From: a virus
DNA: 61,265 bases
Direction: 5' to 3' (one strand)
Virus record (IMG/VR): IMGVR_UViG_3300037420_000518
Coordinates: 1-61,265 of that record
The translations under genes and the position numbers were made by a program. The notes under the pieces were generated by a model, which searched no databases, was not told where the DNA came from, and saw only the letters and a program-made list of their open reading frames with translations. Positions 6,782 to 16,124 of the stretch are shown here, one piece after another (position 1 is the first letter of the stretch; every line of letters starts with the position of its first letter).

Positions 6782-8073
6782 TGGATCACAAGCTACTCCC
6801 TCAAAGTCAAGACGCCGAAGAAGTGCTGATTGGTTCGATATTCCTAGACCCGAAAAGAGTTTTTGGTATCTGCGATGATCTTGGAATAACGCCTGAATCG
6901 TTCCACGTAGCCGCTAACGCCGTAGTGTTCTCCGAGCAACGAGAAATGTACGACGCCGGAAAGCCGGTTGAGTTGACTGCTCTCACCATTTCGATGCGTG
7001 ATAAAGGGACTCTCGATGTAGTGGGAGGGGCCCACCGGGTGACTTCACTGGCTACCTCTGTACCGACCGCAGCCGCCGCAACGCACTACGCGCAAATCCT
7101 TCGTGATAAGTGGCGCTTGAGACAAGTTATCAGTAAATGTACAGAGGTTATTCAACTCGCGTATGATCAGACTAACGAACCAAACAGCGTTTATGAATTC
7201 GCTCAGCGTGCGTTGATTGGGTTTACTAGCTTCGATGACAATAAGCAGGAGATTCGACCGATTAAGGATGTGGTTATAGATACCCTTGACAGGCTAGAAT
7301 ACATCTCGGAAAACCCAGGAAAATTGAAGGGGTATTCCTACGGAATCAAAGGATTGGATCAGAAAACCGGTGGACTATGCGCCCCGGATTTGATTGTGGT
7401 GTCGGGACAGACGAGCGACGGAAAGACAGCATTCGCTATGAATGTGGTGGAATCTGTTTGTATAGCACAACGTATTCCCACACTCGTGTTTTCATTGGAG
7501 ATGACCGATAGCGAAATAGCAGAGAGGATTCTTCAGGCAAACGCCGAAGTGGATTTGTTCAAGCTGAGAATCGGCGTCAGTCTTACAGAAAAGAACTACC
7601 ACGATTTGACTGTTAGCGCAGGTAGACTCTCCGAATCACCCCTTTACCTATGCGACGACTCTGATTTAACGATGCGTCAAATTCGCGCAAAGGCCAGAAG
7701 GTATAAGGCTAAACACGGAATCGGGTTTATCGTGATCGACTACACTCAGCTTGTAGGCCCCGATGACAGTAAAGAGAACCGGGAGCGTCAGGTCGCCAAT
7801 ATATCCGGGCAGGCGAAACAGATGGCGAAAGAGTTAAAAAGTCCGGTGATGATTTTGAGCCAGTTAAACGACGACGGAAAGCTGCGTGAAAGTCGCGCAA
7901 TCGGGATGGATGGAAATGTAGTTCTTAAGCTCGATACGCCGGACCCAGAGAACGCCCCAAACGAGCGCGACCTATGGATTTGCAAGCAACGTGAAGGCCC
8001 TCGCAACGTACCGGTTCCATTGACGTTTATTCCACATTTCACCCGGTTTGTAGACCGCATTAAAACCTCTTAA
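6781..8073 (+). CDS. dnaB: Replicative DNA helicase, DnaB family
   Basis: 430 aa. N-terminal 'PQSQDAEEVLIGSIFLDP', Walker A 'GQTSDGKTAF', Walker B 'FIVIDYTQL' and 'PVMILSQLN'. The ATG at 6781 was chosen over the upstream ORF start. Confidence 0.85.
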   Translation: MDHKLLPQSQDAEEVLIGSIFLDPKRVFGICDDLGITPESFHVAANAVVFSEQREMYDAGKPVELTALTISMRDKGTLDVVGGAHRVTSLATSVPTAAAATHYAQILRDKWRLRQVISKCTEVIQLAYDQTNEPNSVYEFAQRALIGFTSFDDNKQEIRPIKDVVIDTLDRLEYISENPGKLKGYSYGIKGLDQKTGGLCAPDLIVVSGQTSDGKTAFAMNVVESVCIAQRIPTLVFSLEMTDSEIAERILQANAEVDLFKLRIGVSLTEKNYHDLTVSAGRLSESPLYLCDDSDLTMRQIRAKARRYKAKHGIGFIVIDYTQLVGPDDSKENRERQVANISGQAKQMAKELKSPVMILSQLNDDGKLRESRAIGMDGNVVLKLDTPDPENAPNERDLWICKQREGPRNVPVPLTFIPHFTRFVDRIKTS

Positions 8074-8134
8074 ACCGAGCAACTAGCGCCCGAGCATTAC
8101 AGCGACAAGTAAGGACAAAATATACTTTTCCAAA

Positions 8135-10345
8135 ATGACACATAAACAGACCTACGATGATTACATTAAAACCAAGCTTAAATCGGCGGATTGCACCGGA
8201 TTTGAACCCACCAAACCGATTAACCCGATGCTGTTTGACTGGCAGAGGCTTATCGTCCGGTGGGCGCTAAAACGTGGATGCGCAGCTTTGTTTGAGGAGT
8301 GCGGACTCGGCAAGACGGGACAGCAGATTGAATGGGCGGATCACGTATCCGATTACACGCGCAAACCTGTATTGATTCTTTGTCCTCTGGCGGTGGCACA
8401 CCAGACCGTAAAGGAGGGTGATAAGTTCGGAACCAAAGTGACGCACGTCCGAGAAAATAGCGACGTGGTTGATGGAATCAACATCACCAACTACGACAGA
8501 TTGGACCACTTTGACTGCTCGAAATTCGGTGGTGTTGTTCTCGATGAGAGCAGCATTCTCAAATCACTGAACGGAAAAACGAGGCGGACACTAACGGAAG
8601 AATTCGCCAAGACGCCATTTAAGCTAGCGTGTACCGCAACGCCCGCTCCGAACGATTTTACCGAATTGGGCCAGCACGCGGAATTCTTGGGTGTGTGTAC
8701 TGCGGCAGAGATGCTGGCAACCTACTTTATCAACGACACGTTCGACACGGGAACATGGAGGCTAAAGGGGCACGCTGTGGAACCGTTTTGGAAATGGGTG
8801 GCAAGTTGGGCCGCGTGTGTATCAAAGCCTTCGGATTTAGGATTTAGCGATGAAGGATACGATCTCCCACGAGTGGTTGTTCATGACGTGGTGGTGAAGG
8901 TGGATCATCGAGACGACAGCGGCGATGAGTTGTTCAGGAATCCTCATGTTTCTGCCACTCAGTTCCACGCTGAACAACGTCGAACACTTACGGAACGCGT
9001 ACAAGCTACGGCTGAAATTGTAAACGCTTCCACTGAGCCGTTCATTGTGTGGTGTGAATCCAACGAAGAGAGCGAGGAGTTAAAGAAATCCATACCGGAT
9101 GCGGTGGAAGTGCGGGGGGGAGATTCTCCAGAAAAGAAAGAAGATCGATTAAATTCATTCTCTGATGGGGTTTCCAGAGTGCTTGTTACGAAAGCGTCAA
9201 TTGCAGGATGGGGCTTAAACTTTCAACACTGCTGGCAGGATATTTACGTCGGTATGAATCACTCATTCGAGAAGTTCTACCAGGCTGGAAAGCGAATCCA
9301 TCGTTTCGGACAGAAGCACGAAGTTCACCGGTACATTGTACGCGCCGACAACGAGAATAGCGTAGCATTAGCGATCAGCAGAAAAACAGATCAACACAAC
9401 CAAATGCGGGAGCTGATGAAGTTCACCCGCGACAACCTTATGGAAAACACATCGTTTGTTTCGATGAATACGGACATCGTAAAGGCAGAGTCGGAAAACT
9501 GGACGTTTTACAATGGCGATTGCGTTCGCGTGGCAAAAACTCTGGATGACAACTCTATCGGATTCTCGGTTTTTAGCCCTCCGTTCGCGGACTTGTTCAC
9601 GTACAGCAACGACATTCAGGACATGGGGAACTGCAACGGAATCGACGAATTTATGGTGCAGTTCGGATACCTGATTGATGAACTTCACAGGATCACCATT
9701 CCGGGCCGGGAATGCGCTGTGCATTGCAATGATCTTTTGGCAACAAAGTGGAAGGATGGTGATATTGAGTTCAAAGATTTCTCATCTGCGATAGCCACGG
9801 CGTTCCGTGAGCGAGGATGGTTGTTTCATTCCCGTATTACGATATGGAAAGACCCGGTTACAGAGATGCAACGCACCAAGGCGCATGGGTTGCTTTACAA
9901 AACACTCAAGACCGATTCCAGCAAGAGCCGAGTAGGTGCGGCAGAATATCTGCTTGTATTTCGTAAGCGCGGCGAGAATCCGAAACCAATCACCCACACA
10001 CCAGAAGATTTGCCTCTCGACCGATGGCAACAGCTAGCATCTCCTGTGTGGATGACGATAGACCAGGGGCGCGTTCTGAATGGAAAATTTGCACGTGGCG
10101 AACAGGACGAAAAGCATATTTGCCCGTTGCAACTTGATGTGATCGAAAACGCACTGACGTTGTGGAGCGCCCCAGGCGACACCGTTTTCTCTCCGTTCGG
10201 CGGAATTGGAAGTGAAGGATATTGCTCGGTACGGATGGGTCGGAAATTCATCGGATCTGAATTAAAGCCCCAATATTGGAAACACGGGTGTGAATATCTT
10301 AAAGCGGCTGAATGTGAGGGACGCGACTTGTTTTCATTCGTGTGA
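8135..10345 (+). CDS. SNF2-family helicase fused to a beta-class N6A/N4C DNA methyltransferase (736 aa)
   Basis: Helicase motifs: GLGKT (8303), DESS (8543), 'ACTATP' and 'QAGKRIHRFGQ'. Methyltransferase motifs: IV 'SPPF' (9575) precedes 'HICPLQLDV' and motif I 'FSPFGGIGSEG' (10187). Confidence 0.8.
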   Translation: MTHKQTYDDYIKTKLKSADCTGFEPTKPINPMLFDWQRLIVRWALKRGCAALFEECGLGKTGQQIEWADHVSDYTRKPVLILCPLAVAHQTVKEGDKFGTKVTHVRENSDVVDGINITNYDRLDHFDCSKFGGVVLDESSILKSLNGKTRRTLTEEFAKTPFKLACTATPAPNDFTELGQHAEFLGVCTAAEMLATYFINDTFDTGTWRLKGHAVEPFWKWVASWAACVSKPSDLGFSDEGYDLPRVVVHDVVVKVDHRDDSGDELFRNPHVSATQFHAEQRRTLTERVQATAEIVNASTEPFIVWCESNEESEELKKSIPDAVEVRGGDSPEKKEDRLNSFSDGVSRVLVTKASIAGWGLNFQHCWQDIYVGMNHSFEKFYQAGKRIHRFGQKHEVHRYIVRADNENSVALAISRKTDQHNQMRELMKFTRDNLMENTSFVSMNTDIVKAESENWTFYNGDCVRVAKTLDDNSIGFSVFSPPFADLFTYSNDIQDMGNCNGIDEFMVQFGYLIDELHRITIPGRECAVHCNDLLATKWKDGDIEFKDFSSAIATAFRERGWLFHSRITIWKDPVTEMQRTKAHGLLYKTLKTDSSKSRVGAAEYLLVFRKRGENPKPITHTPEDLPLDRWQQLASPVWMTIDQGRVLNGKFARGEQDEKHICPLQLDVIENALTLWSAPGDTVFSPFGGIGSEGYCSVRMGRKFIGSELKPQYWKHGCEYLKAAECEGRDLFSFV

Positions 10346-10611
10346 GCAAAGAAGTAACGATAAAGCTCAATCCATGCGACTACGAGAACGCGGGAGTAGG
10401 CGGGCGGAACTGTCCAGTGGCGCGAGCGATCCGGCGAGTGCTGAAAAAGCCGCCCGAAATCGTGGTTTGCATCTGGACGGACCACGTACAGATAGGAGAT
10501 AACGTCTACAGGCTACCCGATGAATCCAACATGGCTGACGTAGCTTGGACAAAGAGCAGAGAGAAGCGACTGATAGAGTTTCAACTTAGCAACGAGAAGA
10601 TAAACACATGA
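10342..10611 (+). CDS. Hypothetical protein (89 aa)
   Basis: The GTG start overlaps the upstream stop (GTGA). Co-oriented. Confidence 0.5.
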   Translation: MSKEVTIKLNPCDYENAGVGGRNCPVARAIRRVLKKPPEIVVCIWTDHVQIGDNVYRLPDESNMADVAWTKSREKRLIEFQLSNEKINT

Positions 10612-10793
10612 CACCGCAAATTGAGCAATTAACCCAGCTATCCAAAGGCCCTGTTTGGGACGGAAACCTAATCAGCAAAGAAGCCAGGGATTGGCTGCAT
10701 AAGCATGAACTGATCGACCGACTTGATGGGTGGAATTTCCTGACAAGAACAGGAATGGCACACTGCATCACGCTTGGAATCCTGAAACCTTAG
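10608..10793 (+). CDS. Hypothetical protein (61 aa)
   Basis: ATGA overlap with the upstream gene. Confidence 0.5.
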   Translation: MTPQIEQLTQLSKGPVWDGNLISKEARDWLHKHELIDRLDGWNFLTRTGMAHCITLGILKP

Positions 10794-10811
10794 CAACGAG
10801 ATAATCCCAAT

Positions 10812-11384
10812 ATGACAAAAGAAAAACCAATATTGTTTTCCGGCCCGATGGTAAGAGCCATCCTGAACGGATCGAAAACGCAAACTCGGCGGATTGTAAA
10901 GCCGCAGCCCAAAAACAGAATCATACGAGGGCTTAACGGTGTTTGGTATGATGCCGACTGCATCAACCCAGGCAAGGAAATCAAGTGCCCGTATGATGTC
11001 GGTATGCGATTGTGGGTGAAGGAGACGTTTCGTGAATCTGATTCATTTGATGAAGGATATGAGTTTGAGCCATTACCTCCTTACCAATACGCTTCCGATT
11101 ACAGCGACGAAGATAGAATCGGTTGCGGACCATGGAAGCCTTCGATCTTCATGCCGCGTGCAGCGTCTCGAATCACGCTGTATATTACCGGAGTACGAGC
11201 AGAGCGATTGAAGCAGATCAGCGGTCCCGACTGCTGGGCGGAAGGAATAGAGTCCGCTGGCTGGGACTGCGAGAAGTATGGAAGTGTTACCGAGTGCTAT
11301 AGAGACCTTTGGGAGTCCATAAACGGCCCTGGATCTTGGGATGCATCACCTTACGTGTGGGTAATCGAATTCAAGAAGCTGTAG
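10812..11384 (+). CDS. Conserved phage protein, ASCH/PUA-like (tentative)
   Basis: 'ILFSGPMVRAILNGSKTQTRRIV', 'LWVKETF' and 'PSIFMPRAASRITL..VRAERLQ-like' match a widespread phage family I recall as ASCH-like. Confidence 0.45.
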   Translation: MTKEKPILFSGPMVRAILNGSKTQTRRIVKPQPKNRIIRGLNGVWYDADCINPGKEIKCPYDVGMRLWVKETFRESDSFDEGYEFEPLPPYQYASDYSDEDRIGCGPWKPSIFMPRAASRITLYITGVRAERLKQISGPDCWAEGIESAGWDCEKYGSVTECYRDLWESINGPGSWDASPYVWVIEFKKL

Positions 11385-11388
11385 CCCT

Positions 11389-11820
11389 ATGACCACACCA
11401 CTACAGATCGAAGCAGGGAAGCATTACCGTCTACGAGCAGGGCATGAATTTCGGTGTTACGCCACAGGATGCGGAGGAGTGTACGACATTCACGGCGCTG
11501 TGAAAGTTGGCGACCACTGGGAGGGTATTGTGCTTTACGAGGGCGGAAAAGATAACTGCGACGAAAGCGAAGCGCCTTACGACATCATCTCCGAATGGCG
11601 CGACGAGCCGGTTGTAGACTGGTCGGTTATTTCGCCGTGGTTTAATGCAGTCATTCAGAACCCGTCTGGTAGATGGAATGCAGTCGTGTGCGATAGCGAG
11701 CCTAAGATTCTGGACGATGAAGGATGGTGCAACTACGGACAAAGCATGATGATCCCGACCGAGTACGCCCCGAAGTTTCGAGGAGATTGGAAAGACTCAC
11801 TCGTTAGGAGGCCGGTATGA
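11389..11820 (+). CDS. Hypothetical protein (143 aa)
   Basis: Co-oriented ORF whose stop overlaps the next start (ATGA). Confidence 0.6.
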   Translation: MTTPLQIEAGKHYRLRAGHEFRCYATGCGGVYDIHGAVKVGDHWEGIVLYEGGKDNCDESEAPYDIISEWRDEPVVDWSVISPWFNAVIQNPSGRWNAVVCDSEPKILDDEGWCNYGQSMMIPTEYAPKFRGDWKDSLVRRPV

Positions 11821-12044
11821 CCATACAGAAACCAGACGGATGGATCGAGCTTGGAATTAGCGGTTGCTGTTGCCCACCAGGGAAGGCCAGGCCAGGAATG
11901 CACACGAATTGCGCAACAAGTTGGTGGCGTAGAGACGGGGGTGAGTGGGTATCGTACACACGACAAAGCCACGTGCGAACTTTAGCCGCTGCTGCTGAAT
12001 CGGTTGAAGAGTTCTTGGACTGCATGAAGACAGGGCGTGTATGA
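11817..12044 (+). CDS. Hypothetical Cys/Trp-rich protein (75 aa)
   Basis: ATGA overlaps at both ends. Confidence 0.5.
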   Translation: MTIQKPDGWIELGISGCCCPPGKARPGMHTNCATSWWRRDGGEWVSYTRQSHVRTLAAAAESVEEFLDCMKTGRV

Positions 12045-12613
12045 GCAAGAAATCCGGCCCACGGATGACGCTACAGGAGATTGAGGAGCACCAGCGTAGA
12101 CACGGATTCTTGCCTCCGGTTGTACAGTCCGCTACCACCACACCGGACACCCAAGAAAAACCCGTTGTAGGCGATACGGTGAAGCAAGGACGGGGAATTA
12201 AAAAGCAGAGGACACCCAACCGAACCGAGCAACGCTACGGCGACATACAGGAAGCGAGGAAACGGAGGGGTGATGTCATTGAATACGCCTATGAGCCGTT
12301 CCCAATCCGGTTAGCTGAAAAGTGCGTGTATCACATTGATTGGGTGGCACGCACCAGCGGCGACGTAACGTTGGACGAACTCGCCAAGCTGGCGAAGGCA
12401 TCGGCTTTGGAGGTTGTAGGAGACAAAGGACTGCAAGACATCCTGAATCGGTTGCTGAATCAGCAGCCCGCGTTTGAGGCCGTGGAGATAAAAGGAGGTG
12501 GACCGGTTCAAGAGGACTCCAAGATCAAGTTTAAGACGGCCAGGGCGCACAACCCTTGGGCTGTGTTCTCCATGCTCCAGTGGAAGAACGGAGAATTCAT
12601 TCAAATTCTGTAG
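12041..12613 (+). CDS. PD-(D/E)XK nuclease, DUF1064 / T7-endonuclease-I-like (putative Holliday-junction resolvase)
   Basis: 'NRTEQRYGD...YEPFPIRLAEKCVYHIDWV...FEAVEIKGG' shows E...D...ExK spacing like phage resolvases. Confidence 0.45.
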   Translation: MSKKSGPRMTLQEIEEHQRRHGFLPPVVQSATTTPDTQEKPVVGDTVKQGRGIKKQRTPNRTEQRYGDIQEARKRRGDVIEYAYEPFPIRLAEKCVYHIDWVARTSGDVTLDELAKLAKASALEVVGDKGLQDILNRLLNQQPAFEAVEIKGGGPVQEDSKIKFKTARAHNPWAVFSMLQWKNGEFIQIL

Positions 12614-12629
12614 TTTCCTATTGCCTTTC

Positions 12630-12647
12630 CGGTAATAACGATTACCG
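12630..12647. promoter_or_regulatory. Inverted repeat CGGTAAT-AACG-ATTACCG with a third GGTAAT at 12652; operator candidate for the XRE gene
   Basis: Perfect 7-bp arms immediately upstream of, and overlapping, the regulator gene start. Confidence 0.4.
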
Positions 12648-12655
12648 TGTGGGTA

Positions 12656-12898
12656 ATGACAGAGAAAACAAAACCAACGTTGTTGAAGTTTCACAAAGTA
12701 CGAACCATTGACCACAAGAAGACCGGACACGCGGCAAAGATGCTGCGGGTAAGCAAAGGGTTGTCTCAGACCCTTATCGCTGAACGTATCGGCGTTTCCC
12801 AAGGGCTTTTGAGCCAGCTTGAGAACGGCGACACCACATGGACGGAGCAGCGCGTAATTGAGTTCATGGCTGCTTGCGAGAAAGGGGTGGAGGCGTGA
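12656..12898 (+). CDS. XRE-family helix-turn-helix regulator (80 aa)
   Basis: 'MLRVSKGLSQTLIAERIGVSQGLLSQLENG' is a classic HTH_XRE signature. The start is ATG 12656 or GTG 12647. Confidence 0.7.
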   Translation: MTEKTKPTLLKFHKVRTIDHKKTGHAAKMLRVSKGLSQTLIAERIGVSQGLLSQLENGDTTWTEQRVIEFMAACEKGVEA

Positions 12899-13200
12899 AG
12901 ATTGAACAGCTTGCGCCGGGACAGATCGTTTACGACGTTCACTCGCACCGGATGGGGAACACCACGCTACGTAGCTGGGGTGTGTGGAGAATCCGAATTC
13001 ACGCCATTGCTGAAGACAAAAGCTTCGTTGAGGCGTCATGGAACGGGAACAGGGTTGAGAAGTACTATCCACGCGATGTTGAGCGGTGGAAGAAGAACGA
13101 GCCGCGCCTTGTTAGCACGGGCATGATGGGACAACAGCGCCGGATGACGCGAGCAGAGATAAAGGCAGAGAAAGAGAAAGCGGCGCAATCCAATGGCTAA
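12895..13200 (+). CDS. Hypothetical protein (101 aa)
   Basis: A GTG at 12895 after GGAGG overlaps the upstream stop (GTGA). The track ORF starts at 12874. Confidence 0.55.
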   Translation: MKIEQLAPGQIVYDVHSHRMGNTTLRSWGVWRIRIHAIAEDKSFVEASWNGNRVEKYYPRDVERWKKNEPRLVSTGMMGQQRRMTRAEIKAEKEKAAQSNG

Positions 13201-13606
13201 GGAATTCACCAACCGAGACCTTGAGCACATGGAGAACCGTTTACACGCAGAGGCGTTCAGCGAAGACCGTGAACCCGGACAGCCTTTCACCAGCAGGCAG
13301 GCGCGTATGCGGTTCGCGTATGAGTGCCGCAGGATTGTGGAGTCGTTCACCGCCAGCGACAACGACAAGGCTATAGCGACTTGTGCGATTGCGCGAGTGA
13401 TGGCGCTACTCGACGGAAAACTTGAAGGCGCACACCACCCGCAGTGCATCGTCACTCCAGTCCAATCCCTAGAAGAACAGCAGTATTACCAAGAAGGCGG
13501 AAGCCAATACTACGCCGACGAAAGAGAACTCAACCCAGGGGACGAACAACTGCACGACGCATTTCGCGAGATGATGCAGGCGAAAGTCCCACAATCTTTG
13601 TTGTAG
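13193..13606 (+). CDS. Hypothetical protein (137 aa)
   Basis: Co-oriented ORF with an 8-nt overlap on the upstream gene. Confidence 0.6.
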   Translation: MAKEFTNRDLEHMENRLHAEAFSEDREPGQPFTSRQARMRFAYECRRIVESFTASDNDKAIATCAIARVMALLDGKLEGAHHPQCIVTPVQSLEEQQYYQEGGSQYYADERELNPGDEQLHDAFREMMQAKVPQSLL

Positions 13607-13608
13607 CT

Positions 13609-13842
13609 ATGCACACGCCAACTGAAAAGCAATGGAGGATAATCGCGTTTATTGAGCGTACTTACAACGGTTCCGTAAAGTTCGACGTAAACGGAGACCA
13701 AAGCCCTTACGACTTCATTGGCGAGTACCATGAAGCCGCCCAGATTATTCACGACACAACGCCACCGGACTTACGCCCAGCCCCAGCGTACGACGGCACG
13801 CAACTTAGAGCAGACGAATGGGGTGGAATACCGAACTTTTAA
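13609..13842 (+). CDS. Hypothetical protein (77 aa)
   Basis: An internal ATG lies 3 nt after the previous stop. The upstream part of the track ORF (13444) is Arg-rich out-of-frame overlap. Confidence 0.55.
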   Translation: MHTPTEKQWRIIAFIERTYNGSVKFDVNGDQSPYDFIGEYHEAAQIIHDTTPPDLRPAPAYDGTQLRADEWGGIPNF

Positions 13843-13855
13843 CCCCTCCTAACCT

Positions 13856-15529
13856 ATGACAGACCCACAGAAAATCGTTTACGTCCCGCGCCAAGGCGAC
13901 GGGAAATGGATCGTGCCGGAATTATCGCTTTACGAGCACGATGGAAAATGGCGCACAACAGGAATTCACAACCAGCCATCAGATAAAACTCGAACCTACC
14001 TAATCCCCATCCCCGCTGTTGAGCGGTGGGTGCTGCTGGAGCGGGGAGAGGATGTGTTCCAAGAAGGAGACGCGTTTATCAGCATCTCTAGTGAAATCCT
14101 ACAAATCGCCACAAACTATATTGGAAATCGCGTATTCCAAGACGCTCAAACACAATATGTACGCCGCCAACTCTTCCCCGACATCGACGCGCTTTTGCGG
14201 GAACGGGATGAGGCGAAAGAGCGTGAAGCGTTGGCTGTAGGAATCGTTCTCAAGGTCAACGAACTACTAGGATTCTCTGATTTCAGCGACCCGTCACCAC
14301 TTTACGGAGAGATTAAGCGCCTCCAGTCCCAGCTTGAGAGCGTGACGAAGGATAGGGATGAATCCAGGAAAGAAAACCACTCGCTTCGAATCGCTCTGCA
14401 ATTTTATGCCAACGGGGATCATTTCCAACGCGAAAAGCATGACGGCGAAGAGTTTTGCATCTGCACAGACCAAGGCGCAACTGCTCAGGAGGCTCTAAAT
14501 GGTCAAGAAGCGGAAATTTTCAATGAACTGAAGTCGGCCAACGAAAACGCCGCGAGGTTGCGTAGTGAGGTTCAATCTTTGTCAGATCGCTACAAGAACT
14601 CTCAAAACAAGTTAGCGGCCACGACTCGCGAGCGCGACGCCCTGCAAGCCAAGCTCACCGACGCAGAAATCGAGGTGAATAACTGGAAGAAATGGCAGGC
14701 TGAAGCTGTTTCACTCACCAACAGCAGAACCATTGAGCGCGACGAATGGAAAGCTAGATATGAGCACACGCAAGCCAAGCTCACGGCAGCGGAGAGTCGA
14801 ATTCAAATGAAGGACGAAAATTATCTTCATTTGCGTTCAATAGCAGAATCCGCAGAGGCGCGGGTGAAGGAGTTAGGAGATAAACTCAGCCATGTCGCCC
14901 ATGAGCGGATGCAGCTCGAATCAGAACTTTCCACCATCCGCGCCGAGCACGAGAAGCTGAAGGAGTCGGTATGTACGGCGTTAGGAATGCCCGTAGTTCC
15001 CAATGACGGCCAGTTGATTATTGATCGAATCAACAAGGGTAGGAAGAAGTATCTTGATATAACTACTAGGATTCACGAATTGGCTCACGCGTACACAACC
15101 GAATCGGCCAGCCTAGATGATGCGTTTAACGCTCTGGATATGTGCGTCAAATGTTTTGAGATGGATAAGCAGCACAGGGCACAGGCTTTTCAGGAACTCG
15201 ACGCCCTAAAATCCTCCCTCCGCTGGATTGCGGTGTCAGAGCGGATGCCGAAGCAGGAGGATGCAGGAGAAAACAATCTAGTGGAGGTTGTTAGGTACGA
15301 TGGTCAGAGGCGGTATATGGCATGGAACTTTGTGCAATATGACCAAGTCATTAAGTTCTTCCGTAAGCTTACCCCCGGCCCCGAACCCGCCAAGACCGAG
15401 GCGCAGAGGATCTATGAAGCGTATTGCGCTAGCCGTCACGACGCAGATTTCGGAATCGCGGAGCAAGCACGAGTCATCGGCGCAATCGAGTTCACGCAGA
15501 ACTACCTGGCGAAGAAGGAGGCGGAATGA
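13856..15529 (+). CDS. Long coiled-coil protein (557 aa) with a C-terminal DUF551-like domain
   Basis: About 300 aa of heptad-like E/K/R/L/A/Q sequence. C-terminal 'RWIAVSERMPKQEDAGENNLVEVVRYDGQRRYMAWN' fits the DUF551 pattern. Confidence 0.6.
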   Translation: MTDPQKIVYVPRQGDGKWIVPELSLYEHDGKWRTTGIHNQPSDKTRTYLIPIPAVERWVLLERGEDVFQEGDAFISISSEILQIATNYIGNRVFQDAQTQYVRRQLFPDIDALLRERDEAKEREALAVGIVLKVNELLGFSDFSDPSPLYGEIKRLQSQLESVTKDRDESRKENHSLRIALQFYANGDHFQREKHDGEEFCICTDQGATAQEALNGQEAEIFNELKSANENAARLRSEVQSLSDRYKNSQNKLAATTRERDALQAKLTDAEIEVNNWKKWQAEAVSLTNSRTIERDEWKARYEHTQAKLTAAESRIQMKDENYLHLRSIAESAEARVKELGDKLSHVAHERMQLESELSTIRAEHEKLKESVCTALGMPVVPNDGQLIIDRINKGRKKYLDITTRIHELAHAYTTESASLDDAFNALDMCVKCFEMDKQHRAQAFQELDALKSSLRWIAVSERMPKQEDAGENNLVEVVRYDGQRRYMAWNFVQYDQVIKFFRKLTPGPEPAKTEAQRIYEAYCASRHDADFGIAEQARVIGAIEFTQNYLAKKEAE

Positions 15530-15798
15530 GCAATATCATTCCACTAATTACGCACCCAATGGGTAGACATTGGGATCAACCTCCATTGGAATGTATTCTC
15601 ATTGACGACAAGCACGCCTTAATGTCGAAGTTTTCATTCGACCGGCTTGCTGAATATTCCACGTCAATGCCGTCTGGAGTTTATCCCGGCAAAATGTGGA
15701 AACGCAATCAACGCGGCATCTGGTTCCTGGGTTGGTACGGTGAGTGTGAAGACCCAACAATGTGTACTAACAACTGGAGGGAAATTCTCATAGCATGA
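15526..15798 (+). CDS. Hypothetical protein (90 aa)
   Basis: ATGA overlaps at both ends. Confidence 0.6.
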   Translation: MSNIIPLITHPMGRHWDQPPLECILIDDKHALMSKFSFDRLAEYSTSMPSGVYPGKMWKRNQRGIWFLGWYGECEDPTMCTNNWREILIA

Positions 15799-16115
15799 AC
15801 CTGACCCCCGAAGAACTAGACAGGCTGGAGAGGCTGCTCGAATGCGAAGATGCTATCAGCGATGAAGAGAATCAGGAGTTGTTAGCAAGCATTCCCACCC
15901 TAATCCGCGAGGCCAGAGAGGCAGCTAGACTGAGGGATGCGATTGACGGTCTTAAGCAAAATGCCGCTTTTGGTATCGGAGACTGTAAATCTAGCAGGGA
16001 TTATGCAGAAGCAGTTAGAGATAACGAAAAGATAGCAAGATGCGACGGTGCGTTAAAAGTCTTGCAGCTAATAACGAATGAGATTGAAGCCCTACAGCAA
16101 CCCGGAGAACACTAA
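15795..16115 (+). CDS. Hypothetical acidic helical protein (106 aa)
   Basis: ATGA overlap upstream. The tRNA-like element follows. Confidence 0.6.
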   Translation: MNLTPEELDRLERLLECEDAISDEENQELLASIPTLIREAREAARLRDAIDGLKQNAAFGIGDCKSSRDYAEAVRDNEKIARCDGALKVLQLITNEIEALQQPGEH

Positions 16116-16124
16116 ATAATAACT

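Noticed and set aside
9895-10485. 196-aa minus-strand ORF
   Set aside because: It is antisense to the methyltransferase domain, which has unambiguous motifs on the plus strand.
12311-13072. 253-aa minus-strand ORF
   Set aside because: It spans three tightly coupled plus-strand genes, including the clear XRE HTH gene. Its low-complexity Ser/Arg/Leu/Pro composition marks it as shadow.
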